From assembly GCA_030680745.1 (NCBI GenBank), contig JAUXUR010000077.1, forward strand, positions 4,197 through 68,196: DNA of 64,000 bases, given 5' to 3'. The DNA is from Alphaproteobacteria bacterium. GTDB taxonomy: Bacteria; Pseudomonadota; Alphaproteobacteria; JAUXUR01. Positions 8,808 to 18,795 of the stretch are shown here, piece after piece. Made by a program: the position numbers and the translations under genes. The notes beneath the pieces are model-generated. The model searched no databases, was not told the origin of the DNA, and was given only the letters and a program-made list of their open reading frames with translations. Numbering within the stretch: position 1 is the stretch's first letter; every line of letters begins with the position of its first letter.

Positions 8808-11800
8808 TTGCATTTACAGTATGGTTTTCAATTTCAAGATCTTTACACATTAGAAGGTTTGAAACGTTTAGACACATTATTTCTTGAAAAACTCAATAGC
8901 AAAAACCCTGAGCATAAAAAATTACTTATCGCTATGCGCGAACATCCTAAAAACTTTACAACCAAAGAACAATCTTCGTTTTTTTTAGAACTTGTGCCTT
9001 TTGTTGAAGATTTTATTGGATCGTTTTTTGATGTGCATCAAAATAGTATTCAATTAAAAGAGCATTATTTAAGTTATTTACCACTTATACGTGCCAAAAA
9101 AATATTTATACAAAGGCGTATTGGCAAAAATTATAATAACGAAAAAATTCAATCCATTGATGCAACGTCCTTAGAAAAAGACGTCATCGATATATTAGGA
9201 CCTGATTGGTCTGACTTAAAATTTGCAGTAAGAATATTAGATTTTTTAGAAGATGAAGAAAAATATGCAAAAGAGATCAAGCTGCTAAGTGACTATGCTG
9301 GATGGGCTATATATTCATTAGAAGGCATTCAAAAGCATAAAGAATCTTCTTTTTTTAAACTACCCGAAAAACTGGATTTTGAGCATTTAATTCATCATCT
9401 GCAACAAAAAAACAATCAATTACAATATGATGATTCGGCGTTAAGACAACGGAATGGCTTTTCGCTTACAGATCAAGGATGCTCAAAAGAACAATCTTTT
9501 GATCAAGCACATTATTGTATTTTTTGTCATCATCAAGGCAAGGATTCATGTTCTAAAGGCCTAAAATCTAAAACAACACAAGAATTTCAAGCCAATTCAC
9601 TTAGCATTTCGCTGACTGGGTGCCCTTTAGAAGAAAAAATTTCAGAAATGAATCAATCCGTTTCTGAAGGTTTTATTTTGGGCGCATTAGCCATTGCCAT
9701 GATTGATAATCCGCTTTTACCATTAACTGGTCACCGCATTTGCAATGAATGTATGAAGGCTTGTATTTACCAGAAACAAGAACCCGTTAATATTCCAGCC
9801 ATTGAAACAAAGATATTGCGCGATATTTTGTCTCTGCCCTGGGGCGTTGAAATATATTCTTTGCTTACGCGTTGGAATCCACTGAATTTTGAAAGACCGC
9901 TCCCCAAAGATTTGACGAATCATAAAATATTGGTAGCAGGGACGGGGCCCGCTGGTATTAATTTAAGTCATCATTTGCTGAATGAGGGTTTTGCTGTTTT
10001 TGCAATTGATGGGTTAAAAATTGAACCTTTATCCAATGTATTGGTTGGTGCCGGTTTTAAACCCATTCGTTATTTTAAAGAGATTCAAGAAAATTTAGAC
10101 GAACGTGTCATTGGCGGTTTTGGTGGTGTTGCTGAATATGGGATCACCATCAGATGGGACAAGAATTTTCTAAAATTAGTGCGTATCATTTTGGAGAGAC
10201 GTGATCATTTTCATCTAAAAGGGGGTATCCGTTTAGGCAGTAACATCACTATTGAGCAGGCCTTTTTATATGGTTTTGATCATATAGCGCTTGCTTTAGG
10301 TGCTGGTAAACCAAATCTTGTGCCCATTAAAAACAATCTTGCCAAAGGTGTTCGTATGGCTTCAGATTTTTTGATGGCTTTGCAATTAACAGGGGCATTT
10401 CAAAAAAGTAATCTTGCCAATCTGGAATTACGTTTGCCAGTTATTGTTATTGGTGGTGGATTAACAGCTATTGATACGGCAACAGAAGCGCTTGCTTATT
10501 ATCCGCGCCAAGTCGAAAAATTTTTGCATATTTATGAAACATTAAAACAAAAAAATATTGATGTTGATCAAAATTGGTCTTTTCAAGAAAAAGAAGACGC
10601 GCAAATTTGGCTTGATCATGCACGCGCCATTAAACATGAAAATGAAACAGCGATTCTTGAAGACCGTCAACCCAATATTATTAAATTACTTAGATCTTGG
10701 GGTGGCGTAAGTATTGCCTATCGTAAAACCTTACAAGAGTCCCCTTCTTATACGTTAAACCATGAAGAAGTTTCAAAAGCATTCGAAGAAGGTATTTATT
10801 TCATCGAAAATATCACCCCCATTGAAATTGAGCTTGATCAATATCAAGCGACAAAAGGTCTTAAAGTAAAACATCATGATGTTGATTTAATTTTACCTGC
10901 TAAAACAATTTTAATTGCAGCTGGAACTCAACCTAATATTACGTTAAAAGACGAAACCTCTTTTTTAAAAACAGATGGTAAATATTTTGAAGCACAAAAC
11001 CTTGCAGGCATAACAATAAATCCAGAAAAATCAAGTAAACCTAGCGAAATAGGCATTTTTACATATACGCATCATGATAATAGAAAAATATCCTATTTTG
11101 GTGATTTGCATCCTAGTTTTGCAGGCAATGTTGTTAAAGCTATGGCAAGCGCTAAACAAGGCTATCCTTATATTTCAAAACATTTAGAGATGCTTAAACC
11201 AAAAGACATACCTTTTCAGGAACTTTTTAATGACATAAATGAAAAACTCACCGCAATTATTACTGAGGTGAATCGTCTAACACCAAATATTGTTGAAATT
11301 GTTTTAAAAGCGCCGTTGGCTTGCGAAAATTTTAAGCCAGGACAATTTTATAGACTTCAAAATTTCGAAATGAGTGCTCGTAAAAATAGTGAAGCAAATT
11401 TCTCCATGGAAGGTATTGCCTTAACAGGGTCTTGGGTTGATGCATCAAAAGGGTTGCTGGGCTTAATCATTCTTGAAATGGGTGGATCATCGTCATTATG
11501 CACCTATCTTCAACCCAATGAAGAAGTCTTGTTGATGGGTCCAACCGGTACACCGACAGAATTACCCTCAGGTAAAAATGTATTATTAGTTGGTGGTGGC
11601 TTAGGTAATGCCGTTCTTTTTTCTATTGGTAAAGAACTGAAGCAAAAAGGATCAAAAGTTTTATATGTTGCGGGTTATAAAAAAATTGAAGATCGTTATA
11701 AAGTTCAAGAAATAGAAGATGCAGCTGATCATATTTTATGGTGCTGTGACGCGCAACCTGGATTTGAAATTGATCGTCCGCAAGATTTTACTTTTGTTGG

Positions 11801-12203
11801 CAATATTGTAGAAGCCATGCTTTCTTACGCAAAAGGCGATTTAGGCGACCAACAGATAAAGTTAAATGACATTGATCATATCATTGTTATTGGATCTGAT
11901 CGTATGATGGCAGCCGTTCAAAAAGCCCGCTATACAATATTAAAACCCTATCTTAAAGAACACACAGCTATCGGCAGCATTAATTCACCGATGCAATGTA
12001 TGATGAAAGAAATTTGTGCCCAATGTTTACAACGTCAGATTGATCCCATCACAGGCAAAGAAAAATTCGTCTTTTCCTGCAACAATCAAGATCAAGCTTT
12101 AGATAATGTTGATTTTAATTTTTTAAATCAACGTCTAGTACAAAATGCAACGCAAGAAAAATTGACGTCATCATGGATTGAACATCTTAAAACAATTTCA
12201 TAA
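8808..12203 (+). CDS. Large fused flavoprotein oxidoreductase. It has an N-terminal Cys-cluster domain, a GltD/NfnB/SudA-like FAD/NAD(P) pyridine-nucleotide oxidoreductase domain, and a C-terminal PyrK/NfnA/SudB-like ferredoxin-reductase domain.
   Basis: Cys motifs CIFCHHQGKDSC and CNECMKAC. Rossmann motifs VAGTGPAG and VIGGGLTAIDTA. FNR-type motifs GQFYRLQNF and LLVGGGLGNAV. Terminal Cys cluster CMMKEICAQC. Confidence 0.55.
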   Translation: MHLQYGFQFQDLYTLEGLKRLDTLFLEKLNSKNPEHKKLLIAMREHPKNFTTKEQSSFFLELVPFVEDFIGSFFDVHQNSIQLKEHYLSYLPLIRAKKIFIQRRIGKNYNNEKIQSIDATSLEKDVIDILGPDWSDLKFAVRILDFLEDEEKYAKEIKLLSDYAGWAIYSLEGIQKHKESSFFKLPEKLDFEHLIHHLQQKNNQLQYDDSALRQRNGFSLTDQGCSKEQSFDQAHYCIFCHHQGKDSCSKGLKSKTTQEFQANSLSISLTGCPLEEKISEMNQSVSEGFILGALAIAMIDNPLLPLTGHRICNECMKACIYQKQEPVNIPAIETKILRDILSLPWGVEIYSLLTRWNPLNFERPLPKDLTNHKILVAGTGPAGINLSHHLLNEGFAVFAIDGLKIEPLSNVLVGAGFKPIRYFKEIQENLDERVIGGFGGVAEYGITIRWDKNFLKLVRIILERRDHFHLKGGIRLGSNITIEQAFLYGFDHIALALGAGKPNLVPIKNNLAKGVRMASDFLMALQLTGAFQKSNLANLELRLPVIVIGGGLTAIDTATEALAYYPRQVEKFLHIYETLKQKNIDVDQNWSFQEKEDAQIWLDHARAIKHENETAILEDRQPNIIKLLRSWGGVSIAYRKTLQESPSYTLNHEEVSKAFEEGIYFIENITPIEIELDQYQATKGLKVKHHDVDLILPAKTILIAAGTQPNITLKDETSFLKTDGKYFEAQNLAGITINPEKSSKPSEIGIFTYTHHDNRKISYFGDLHPSFAGNVVKAMASAKQGYPYISKHLEMLKPKDIPFQELFNDINEKLTAIITEVNRLTPNIVEIVLKAPLACENFKPGQFYRLQNFEMSARKNSEANFSMEGIALTGSWVDASKGLLGLIILEMGGSSSLCTYLQPNEEVLLMGPTGTPTELPSGKNVLLVGGGLGNAVLFSIGKELKQKGSKVLYVAGYKKIEDRYKVQEIEDAADHILWCCDAQPGFEIDRPQDFTFVGNIVEAMLSYAKGDLGDQQIKLNDIDHIIVIGSDRMMAAVQKARYTILKPYLKEHTAIGSINSPMQCMMKEICAQCLQRQIDPITGKEKFVFSCNNQDQALDNVDFNFLNQRLVQNATQEKLTSSWIEHLKTIS

Positions 12204-12497
12204 AATAAACGTAATTTCTATTATCAAAATCATCGTTAATATCAAAATTATTTGATAAAATTTTTTATTGCTAAAAACAAAGTGATAACAAATAAATGTA
12301 AATATATTTTACTGAATTAAAATAAAAAGAACTCAGTATAAGTACAGTACAAGTAAACCATAATTAATTTTTATATTGAAAAATTCATCAATTAATGATA
12401 TAAAATAAAAACGTTATTAAAAACATAAAATTATAACATTGAAAAAAGTTGGCATAGATTTTGCTTTATTATTAACATCTAAAAAACTGAGGTTTGA

Positions 12498-13187
12498 ATG
12501 AACTTACTTATAAACATCGTTTTGTCTTTAAGCTTGCAATTGTCAGCACCCTTGCAACAGAACAAATTCACTTTGGACGTTTCTGAAAAGAAAACAGATC
12601 ATTGCCATGTCCTTTTTGATAAAGCCGAAAAAGAACACGGCATATTGCCACAGCTTTTAAAAGCAGTTGCTCATGTTGAATCTGGTCGCTGGGATCCCAC
12701 ATCTAAATCGCAAGGCGCTTGGCCATGGACTGTTACAGTTAAAGGCAAAGGGCAATATTTCAACACAAAAGCTGAAGCAATCAAAGAAATCAAACGCTTG
12801 AAAAGTAATGGTATTCACGATTTCGACGTTGGGTTGATGCAAATCAATAATTATTGGCATAAAGATGCTTTTGCATCCGCTGAAGAAGCGCTTGATCCTG
12901 AAACGAATATTGCTTATGGCGCTAAATTTCTTAAAGATTTGTTTCATAAACATAAATCATGGACTAAGGCCATTGCATGTTACCACTCATACAATCCCAA
13001 ATATAATCAAGCTTATTGCAAACGCGTTTTAACAGCTTGGGGAAAAGTCAAAACCACAAATTATGAAAGACTTTATCCTAAAATGAAGCTTTACAAAAAA
13101 GCATCACTTGCTAAAAATTTTGCAGTCTCACCTAAAAGCAATTCTAAAAAAAGACAGATCGTGCGTATTTATAGACGTCACGCTTAG
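12498..13187 (+). CDS. secreted lytic transglycosylase (SLT domain)
   Basis: Signal peptide. AHVESGRWDP and GLMQIN catalytic motifs. Confidence 0.7.
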   Translation: MNLLINIVLSLSLQLSAPLQQNKFTLDVSEKKTDHCHVLFDKAEKEHGILPQLLKAVAHVESGRWDPTSKSQGAWPWTVTVKGKGQYFNTKAEAIKEIKRLKSNGIHDFDVGLMQINNYWHKDAFASAEEALDPETNIAYGAKFLKDLFHKHKSWTKAIACYHSYNPKYNQAYCKRVLTAWGKVKTTNYERLYPKMKLYKKASLAKNFAVSPKSNSKKRQIVRIYRRHA

Positions 13188-13268
13188 AAATAAAAATTCC
13201 TCATTTATCAAAATTTAATTAATTTTATGGTATGATAAGATCATAAAAAGATAAGTGAGGAATCTGCT

Positions 13269-14054
13269 ATGCAGGATTATCTTATTCAACAAGATTATAG
13301 TCTCTATACAAAAGATCAGCACAAAACTTGGTCATTTTTGTTTAAAAGACAAGAAAAAGTTCTTAAAGATCGTGCTTTTGATTTATTTCTGGATTGCCTA
13401 GAAGCCCTTGATATCAATGAAAAAGCAATGCCTGATTTTGATAAAATCAACACACTTCTTAAATCAAAAACAGGATGGGAAATATTACCCGTTAATGGTT
13501 TTATCCCTAGCGAAGATTTTTTTAGTTTTTTGGCCGATAAAAAATTTCCCTCAACAACCTTTATTAGAGACAAAGATCATCTTGATTATCTTCAAGAGCC
13601 CGATATTTTTCATGATATTTTTGGTCATATCCCACTTCTTGCAAATCCTGTTTTTGCAGGTTATATGCATGAATTTGGTAAAAAGGGAGTCGAAGGGTTA
13701 AGATTAGGCTATATCGATTATGTAACACGTCTTTATTGGTTTACGGTTGAATTTGGGCTTATCCAATCTCCAAAAGGTTTACGCATTTACGGATCTGGTA
13801 TTGTCTCGTCAAAAGGTGAGTCCATATATTGCCTTGAATCACCAGAACCGCATCGTTTAGCATTCGACATCGTTCGTGTTATGCGCACGGATTTTCGAAT
13901 CGATGAATATCAAAAAATTTATTACGTTATTCCCAATCTTCAAGAACTTTTCAATATTATTCAAAATGATTTAAAACCATTTTATGATAAAGCTCAATTT
14001 CTTGGAGATATTAAAGATTATATCTTGATTACTGAAGATAAATTAACTTATTGA
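13269..14054 (+). CDS. phhA: phenylalanine-4-hydroxylase (bacterial aromatic amino-acid hydroxylase)
   Basis: PDIFHDIFGHIPLL iron-binding motif and EFGL/YGSG motifs. 261 aa. Confidence 0.85.
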   Translation: MQDYLIQQDYSLYTKDQHKTWSFLFKRQEKVLKDRAFDLFLDCLEALDINEKAMPDFDKINTLLKSKTGWEILPVNGFIPSEDFFSFLADKKFPSTTFIRDKDHLDYLQEPDIFHDIFGHIPLLANPVFAGYMHEFGKKGVEGLRLGYIDYVTRLYWFTVEFGLIQSPKGLRIYGSGIVSSKGESIYCLESPEPHRLAFDIVRVMRTDFRIDEYQKIYYVIPNLQELFNIIQNDLKPFYDKAQFLGDIKDYILITEDKLTY

Positions 14055-14179
14055 TAATTAATAATTTGCAACTATTTGGTCACATGTGATTATTATTCAA
14101 TCAGCTATATTGACCTAATTTTATCCATTGTCTATAGTAATCAAATCTTAAACATCAACTTTACATAGGAATTTCTATC

Positions 14180-15055
14180 ATGAAAAAAAGACTATATTTT
14201 ATAGCCTTGTTAACCATACTTTCATTAAATTTCGCGACATCACCATTGTTTGCGGTAACAACTATCTCTGGCGATGAAACACCAACTTTTACCTCCGTTG
14301 AAAATAGTCAAGAAGAAGCAGTTCATGGACCACAGCCAAACCCAGAAATAAATAATAATAACAACAATCAAATCGATGATGAAAATCAAGTTGATTTAAA
14401 TGGCGAAGATCAATTTACAGAAGAAGAAAAAAAAGCTTTTGTTGAGTTTAACAGTAAAACAGACAGGGATTTCATTTATGATCTTTTAGTTAGAGTATGT
14501 GCAATGAAATCGGTAGAAGGTAAAATTTATAGATATAAAGCAAAAAAAGGACAAGAATCTATTTTAAAATCACTTGGGAATTTAATTGAAAATGATATTC
14601 AAGTTAAATTAATATTTTCAAGTTCAAATATACTCGATAATGGTGTAGTAGAAACTACTTACAACATAATGGTAGGTGAAAACTTATTTGAAGATGTTCT
14701 ATTAATCGATGTTATGTATCATTATCCAACTTTTTCAACTAAGAAATGTGTTTTTAACTCTAAGATTGACGATTTATTAACCGCTTATGATAAAATTTAT
14801 AATAAAAATGGTGCTAACCATGGTAATTACCTCTATTTTTTACAGAATGATAAAGATAGAGATATGATTACATTGCTTAATAAAAATAAGGCGGATTTTA
14901 GATTCAACATCTGGACAAAATGTCCTTATGGTGCATATGAACATCACACATATGATCACAACTATTGCAATCCAGTTAATTATGTGACAGGACAACTTTA
15001 TGTTGATGAACAAAAACTAAGCCGTTTTACAAACGTTGTTGCAATGAAAAAATAA
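14180..15055 (+). CDS. Secreted protein of unknown function, with a poly-Asn tract and acidic low-complexity region
   Basis: Signal peptide (LFAVTT). NNNNNNQIDDENQ tract. Several Cys in the C-terminal half. No recognisable motif. Confidence 0.4.
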   Translation: MKKRLYFIALLTILSLNFATSPLFAVTTISGDETPTFTSVENSQEEAVHGPQPNPEINNNNNNQIDDENQVDLNGEDQFTEEEKKAFVEFNSKTDRDFIYDLLVRVCAMKSVEGKIYRYKAKKGQESILKSLGNLIENDIQVKLIFSSSNILDNGVVETTYNIMVGENLFEDVLLIDVMYHYPTFSTKKCVFNSKIDDLLTAYDKIYNKNGANHGNYLYFLQNDKDRDMITLLNKNKADFRFNIWTKCPYGAYEHHTYDHNYCNPVNYVTGQLYVDEQKLSRFTNVVAMKK

Positions 15056-15291
15056 GCTTTTCAAATAAGATGGGTGGGTTTGCCTACTCATCTTTTTGTA
15101 TTTTCTCCACCTTCTCTAAAATCTTCATGACCTTAAAACAAATGCGTAGAAAGCATAAGAAAAGCTAGAAAAAAAATCAATTTTAAGGTAGGGTAGTAAA
15201 CATATATATCTTTCAAATTGCGTATTCTTAAATTTATGTTCTCCACAATTTGAAAAAAAATTGTAACATCAAATACCAGAGGTATCCTTCT

Positions 15292-16215
15292 ATGGAAGTC
15301 TATCTTCCTATTGCTGAAATGTCTGTTGATGTATCCGTTCTTTTTGGGTTGGGTGCTATTGTTGGATTTTTATCAGGTTTACTAGGGATAACAGGTGGGT
15401 TTTTAATGACCCCCATTTTAATTTTTATAGGTATTCCGGCACCTGTTGCTGTGGCAAGTCAATCTAACCAACTTATAGCGTCTTCCATTTCAGGTGTGAT
15501 TGCTTATGGCAGACTAGGACGCGTTGACTATCGTATTGGCGTTGGGCTACTAGCAGGCGGTTTATTAGGATCGCTTTTCGGCGTTTGGATCTTTAGTGTT
15601 TTAAAACGCATTGGTCAAATTGATATCTTTATTTCCTTTAGTTATGTTATTCTTTTGGGCATTATTGGTGCGTCGATGTTATTCGAAAGCATCAAGACAG
15701 TTTTAAAGGTAAACAATTTACTACCAGAAGCCATATTACAAAAAGAACAACATCCTTGGATTAAAAATCTTCCTTATCAAAAATATTTTCCACGTGCCCG
15801 CATGGAAATAAGTTTAATTGCCCTTCTTGTAACAGGTTTTGTCGTTAGTTTTTTCTTAGCGATGATAGGTGTTGGTAGCATCATTATGGTGCCCGCTTTA
15901 ATTTATATTTTACGCATTCCTATTCTTTTAGTACCGGGTACGTCCCTTTTTCAAGCTGTGTTCATTGCGTCTTCCGTTACATTGCTTCACGCAATCACGA
16001 ACCAAACGGTTGACGTTGTTTTAGCACTTTTTTTACTTTTAGGCGGTATCATTGGAACACCTTTGGGTAGTCAAATGAGCCATCGCTTTCGTTCAGAATA
16101 TTTAAGATTGTTTTTAGCACTGATATTGTTAGGGTTTTGCAGTAAGCTTGTTTATGATCTTGTCGCACAACCAAAATCGCTTTATACGGTCGTTACCTAT
16201 GGAGTTGATGACTAA
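15292..16215 (+). CDS. TSUP (TauE/SafE, DUF81) family membrane transporter
   Basis: Repeated GxxxG/GGF helices (GFLSGLLGITGGFLMTPIL). The start was moved to the ATG at 15292 preceded by agagg; the track's ORF begins at a TTG at 15250. Confidence 0.65.
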   Translation: MEVYLPIAEMSVDVSVLFGLGAIVGFLSGLLGITGGFLMTPILIFIGIPAPVAVASQSNQLIASSISGVIAYGRLGRVDYRIGVGLLAGGLLGSLFGVWIFSVLKRIGQIDIFISFSYVILLGIIGASMLFESIKTVLKVNNLLPEAILQKEQHPWIKNLPYQKYFPRARMEISLIALLVTGFVVSFFLAMIGVGSIIMVPALIYILRIPILLVPGTSLFQAVFIASSVTLLHAITNQTVDVVLALFLLLGGIIGTPLGSQMSHRFRSEYLRLFLALILLGFCSKLVYDLVAQPKSLYTVVTYGVDD

Positions 16216-16967
16216 TGAAGAGGATATTTATCTTTTTGTTTTTCATGCTTTCGATACCGTTTTCAGTTCATGCTGACCCAAACGCGCTTGTTGCTGATCT
16301 ATCCCATCATTTAATAGCCATTCATACCGATTTTAAAGGGACTGATGTCGTATTATTTGGTTCAGTAGACGAAGGCGGGCATATTGTTGTGACGGTAAAG
16401 GGGCCGCGCAAAAATTTTGTTGTTCAACGAAAAGAAAAAACAATGGGCGTTTGGTTGAATCGCACGGGGATTAAATATCACAACATGCCCTCTTTTTTTC
16501 GCATTGCAAGTGACGTCCCACTTGATGAAATTTTAACCCCTAATATGATTACACGATATGAATTTACGCCCGAAACATTAGATATTGAATCATCTAAAGA
16601 TTTTTTTTCAAATAAATATCGTTTTTACAAAGAAGAGTTAATTGAAAAATTACGCACCAACAATTTTTATGGACGCGATATAGAGCGTATTAAGTTTTTG
16701 GGACCGCATCTTTTTAGAACAATTCTGCATTTTCCCTCCAACGTTCCACCTGGTATTTATACAGTTCATGTCTATCTTATTAAAGATAATCAAGTGATTG
16801 CAGCCCAAAGCACCCCCTTAAGTGTTAATAAAGTAGGTCTTAGTGCAGATTTATTTGCATTTGCTCATAACAATTCATTTATATATGGCATTACGGCGAT
16901 TTTGTGTGCTTTGATGTTGGGTGCAGTGGGGGGCATTGTCCTTCGACGTGGTCGCCACGCTACCTAA
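16215..16967 (+). CDS. Conserved periplasmic protein with C-terminal TM anchor; partner of the TSUP permease
   Basis: Signal peptide and C-terminal TM (ITAILCALMLGAVGGIVL). ATGA start-stop overlap with the upstream permease. Confidence 0.45.
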   Translation: MKRIFIFLFFMLSIPFSVHADPNALVADLSHHLIAIHTDFKGTDVVLFGSVDEGGHIVVTVKGPRKNFVVQRKEKTMGVWLNRTGIKYHNMPSFFRIASDVPLDEILTPNMITRYEFTPETLDIESSKDFFSNKYRFYKEELIEKLRTNNFYGRDIERIKFLGPHLFRTILHFPSNVPPGIYTVHVYLIKDNQVIAAQSTPLSVNKVGLSADLFAFAHNNSFIYGITAILCALMLGAVGGIVLRRGRHAT

Positions 16968-16989
16968 TACTCTAACTCTTTCAAACTAT

Positions 16990-17318
16990 GGAGGGCGTCA
17001 GATTTCGGAATTCAGCATGCTCATGTATAAAGAGATACACTCCGCGTGCTTCACCACTCATCTTCCTACCCATATTTTGAAATAATCGAGTATGATGCTC
17101 AGATTATGGACAAATCCGTCTTCAGAACTGCACTTCCAGTACTCATGTATGAAGAATACACTCCGTTCCGGTTCTCGTTCTTCCTAGACTTTGCCTCATA
17201 CTCTGAACATTTACACATAGCTGAGTATGATGCTCAGATTATGGGTAAATTCGTCGCGTCGTCAGAACTGCACTTCAGGTACTCATGTATGAAGAATACA
17301 CGCTGTTCCGCTTAATTC
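16990..17318. repeat. Tandem array (about 2.5 units) of repeat family B-related units (gagtatgatgctcagattatggNNaaatNcgtc...actcatgtatgaagaatacac)
   Basis: Direct repetition is visible at 17090-17200 and 17225-17318. The track ORF 17046-17315 lies inside and is probably not coding. Confidence 0.65.
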
Positions 17319-17319
17319 T

Positions 17320-18729
17320 TTAAAAACTAAAACCTACAACGCGACTTTGAAAGGCATTATCAAGTTGATCTAAAGGTGTTTTACCTGAGCATATGATGTT
17401 AAGTTTGCTCCAATCCACTTTAAAACCTAAATATTTGCAATCAAATTTTTTTGTTGTATTATCAAAAAGCTTTAAAAGCCAAAGAATGTTAGTTATATCT
17501 TTTACCCAATGATCAATATTTTTAATAATTAATAGGGAGTTTAAATGTTTTTGGGTTCCAGCTTGTAATGCTTCTAAAAACAATCCCTTTTTAATTTTAT
17601 AAGAACCATATAAGAACACGTCATCAGGCACAGCATTTTGAGCATCCACAATGTAGTAGGGCACACCAAACGCGCGCGCAATTAAAATGGATGATTCCTG
17701 AAAATCAGCATTACCTATGGAATCTAAATGACAATATGCTAAATATCGTGTTGATTCTGTAATGTTTTCATCGAGTGTCTCTTGTGCGTAATTTGCAAAA
17801 GACGTTAAAATTTCTTCGCAATCACTTTGGATATTATCTGATATATTTTTTTGGGTGAGTTCTGTTTTTAAATTGGTAATTATTGCTTCAAGTATTTCAA
17901 AATACTCATTATTTGTTTCTTGGGACAAAGTTTTTGTTTCAGTTGGGTGTGAAATCATAGAGTCAAGAAACTCTTTATCATGAAAAACATCTTGATTATA
18001 ATAAGACATAAAAGTTGATTCAATTTTATCTTGCCAATTTGCTAAAATTTTCGATTTGTTACTAACATACAAACATTCTAAATCGAAAATTTTGCCGGAA
18101 CTTGTTTGACGTTTAAGGGAGTTAATAAGATTAGATTGAGTAGATAATTGATGTTCAACTTCGCGTACAGGCGCAATCTGTTCCAACATCATGATTGCCT
18201 TTCTTGAAGGAATCATCAATTCACGCATTAATTTTTTGATACGCTTTTTACAATATGCGACACAATCATTATAAAGATGTTCTGCAATTCCAGGCTGAGC
18301 TATGACACTACTCATATATCTAATGAATTCGATAATAGAAGTTTCATAATATTTTTGAGATGAACCATTGGCAGGCGCATATGAAAAAGGGGCTGATGAG
18401 AGAATGCTAACTGAAATGATATAGGGTAACGCTTCCAATAAATAAGAAGATGGAAGAACAAAATATGTTGCTATGTTTCTTTTTTCATTCATTTCATCTA
18501 ATAGTTTTTGCAATGTTTCAATTTCTATTGTTTTGAAATTGATTATTTTTTCATCTAATAGTTTTTGTTTTTTAGCTTTCAGTAATGCTATTTTTGCTGT
18601 GCTTGTTGCAGAAAAGGACAGCTCAGATTGATCGTAAATATCACGCGTAAATATATTTTCTAGTCCCTTCATTGCGTAAGATTTTGTGCAAAAAAATAAG
18701 GATAAAAACAGTACATTTAAAAATTTCAT
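17320..18729 (-). CDS. Secreted paralog of the adjacent AAA+ protein, with a degenerate P-loop (pseudo-ATPase)
   Basis: Signal peptide from the ATG at 18729. Conserved post-signal motif ENIFTRDIYD (the neighbour has ENLFTHDLYR). Its C-terminal half aligns with the neighbour (YYIVDAQN vs YYLDIANE; KNIDHW vs IDDVDR), but Walker A is replaced by SSILIARAFG. Confidence 0.45.
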   Translation of the reverse strand: MKFLNVLFLSLFFCTKSYAMKGLENIFTRDIYDQSELSFSATSTAKIALLKAKKQKLLDEKIINFKTIEIETLQKLLDEMNEKRNIATYFVLPSSYLLEALPYIISVSILSSAPFSYAPANGSSQKYYETSIIEFIRYMSSVIAQPGIAEHLYNDCVAYCKKRIKKLMRELMIPSRKAIMMLEQIAPVREVEHQLSTQSNLINSLKRQTSSGKIFDLECLYVSNKSKILANWQDKIESTFMSYYNQDVFHDKEFLDSMISHPTETKTLSQETNNEYFEILEAIITNLKTELTQKNISDNIQSDCEEILTSFANYAQETLDENITESTRYLAYCHLDSIGNADFQESSILIARAFGVPYYIVDAQNAVPDDVFLYGSYKIKKGLFLEALQAGTQKHLNSLLIIKNIDHWVKDITNILWLLKLFDNTTKKFDCKYLGFKVDWSKLNIICSGKTPLDQLDNAFQSRVVGFSF

Positions 18730-18795
18730 TTGTATGGCCTCAATATAAGTAAAAGACACTCTCAAGTGCCTTTTATAATCTTAATTTTTGTTTAA

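Noticed and set aside
17046-17315. 89-aa ORF across the tandem family B repeats
   Set aside because: It is composed of two near-identical tandem DNA units. There is no RBS, and other copies of the same element lie in obviously intergenic positions.
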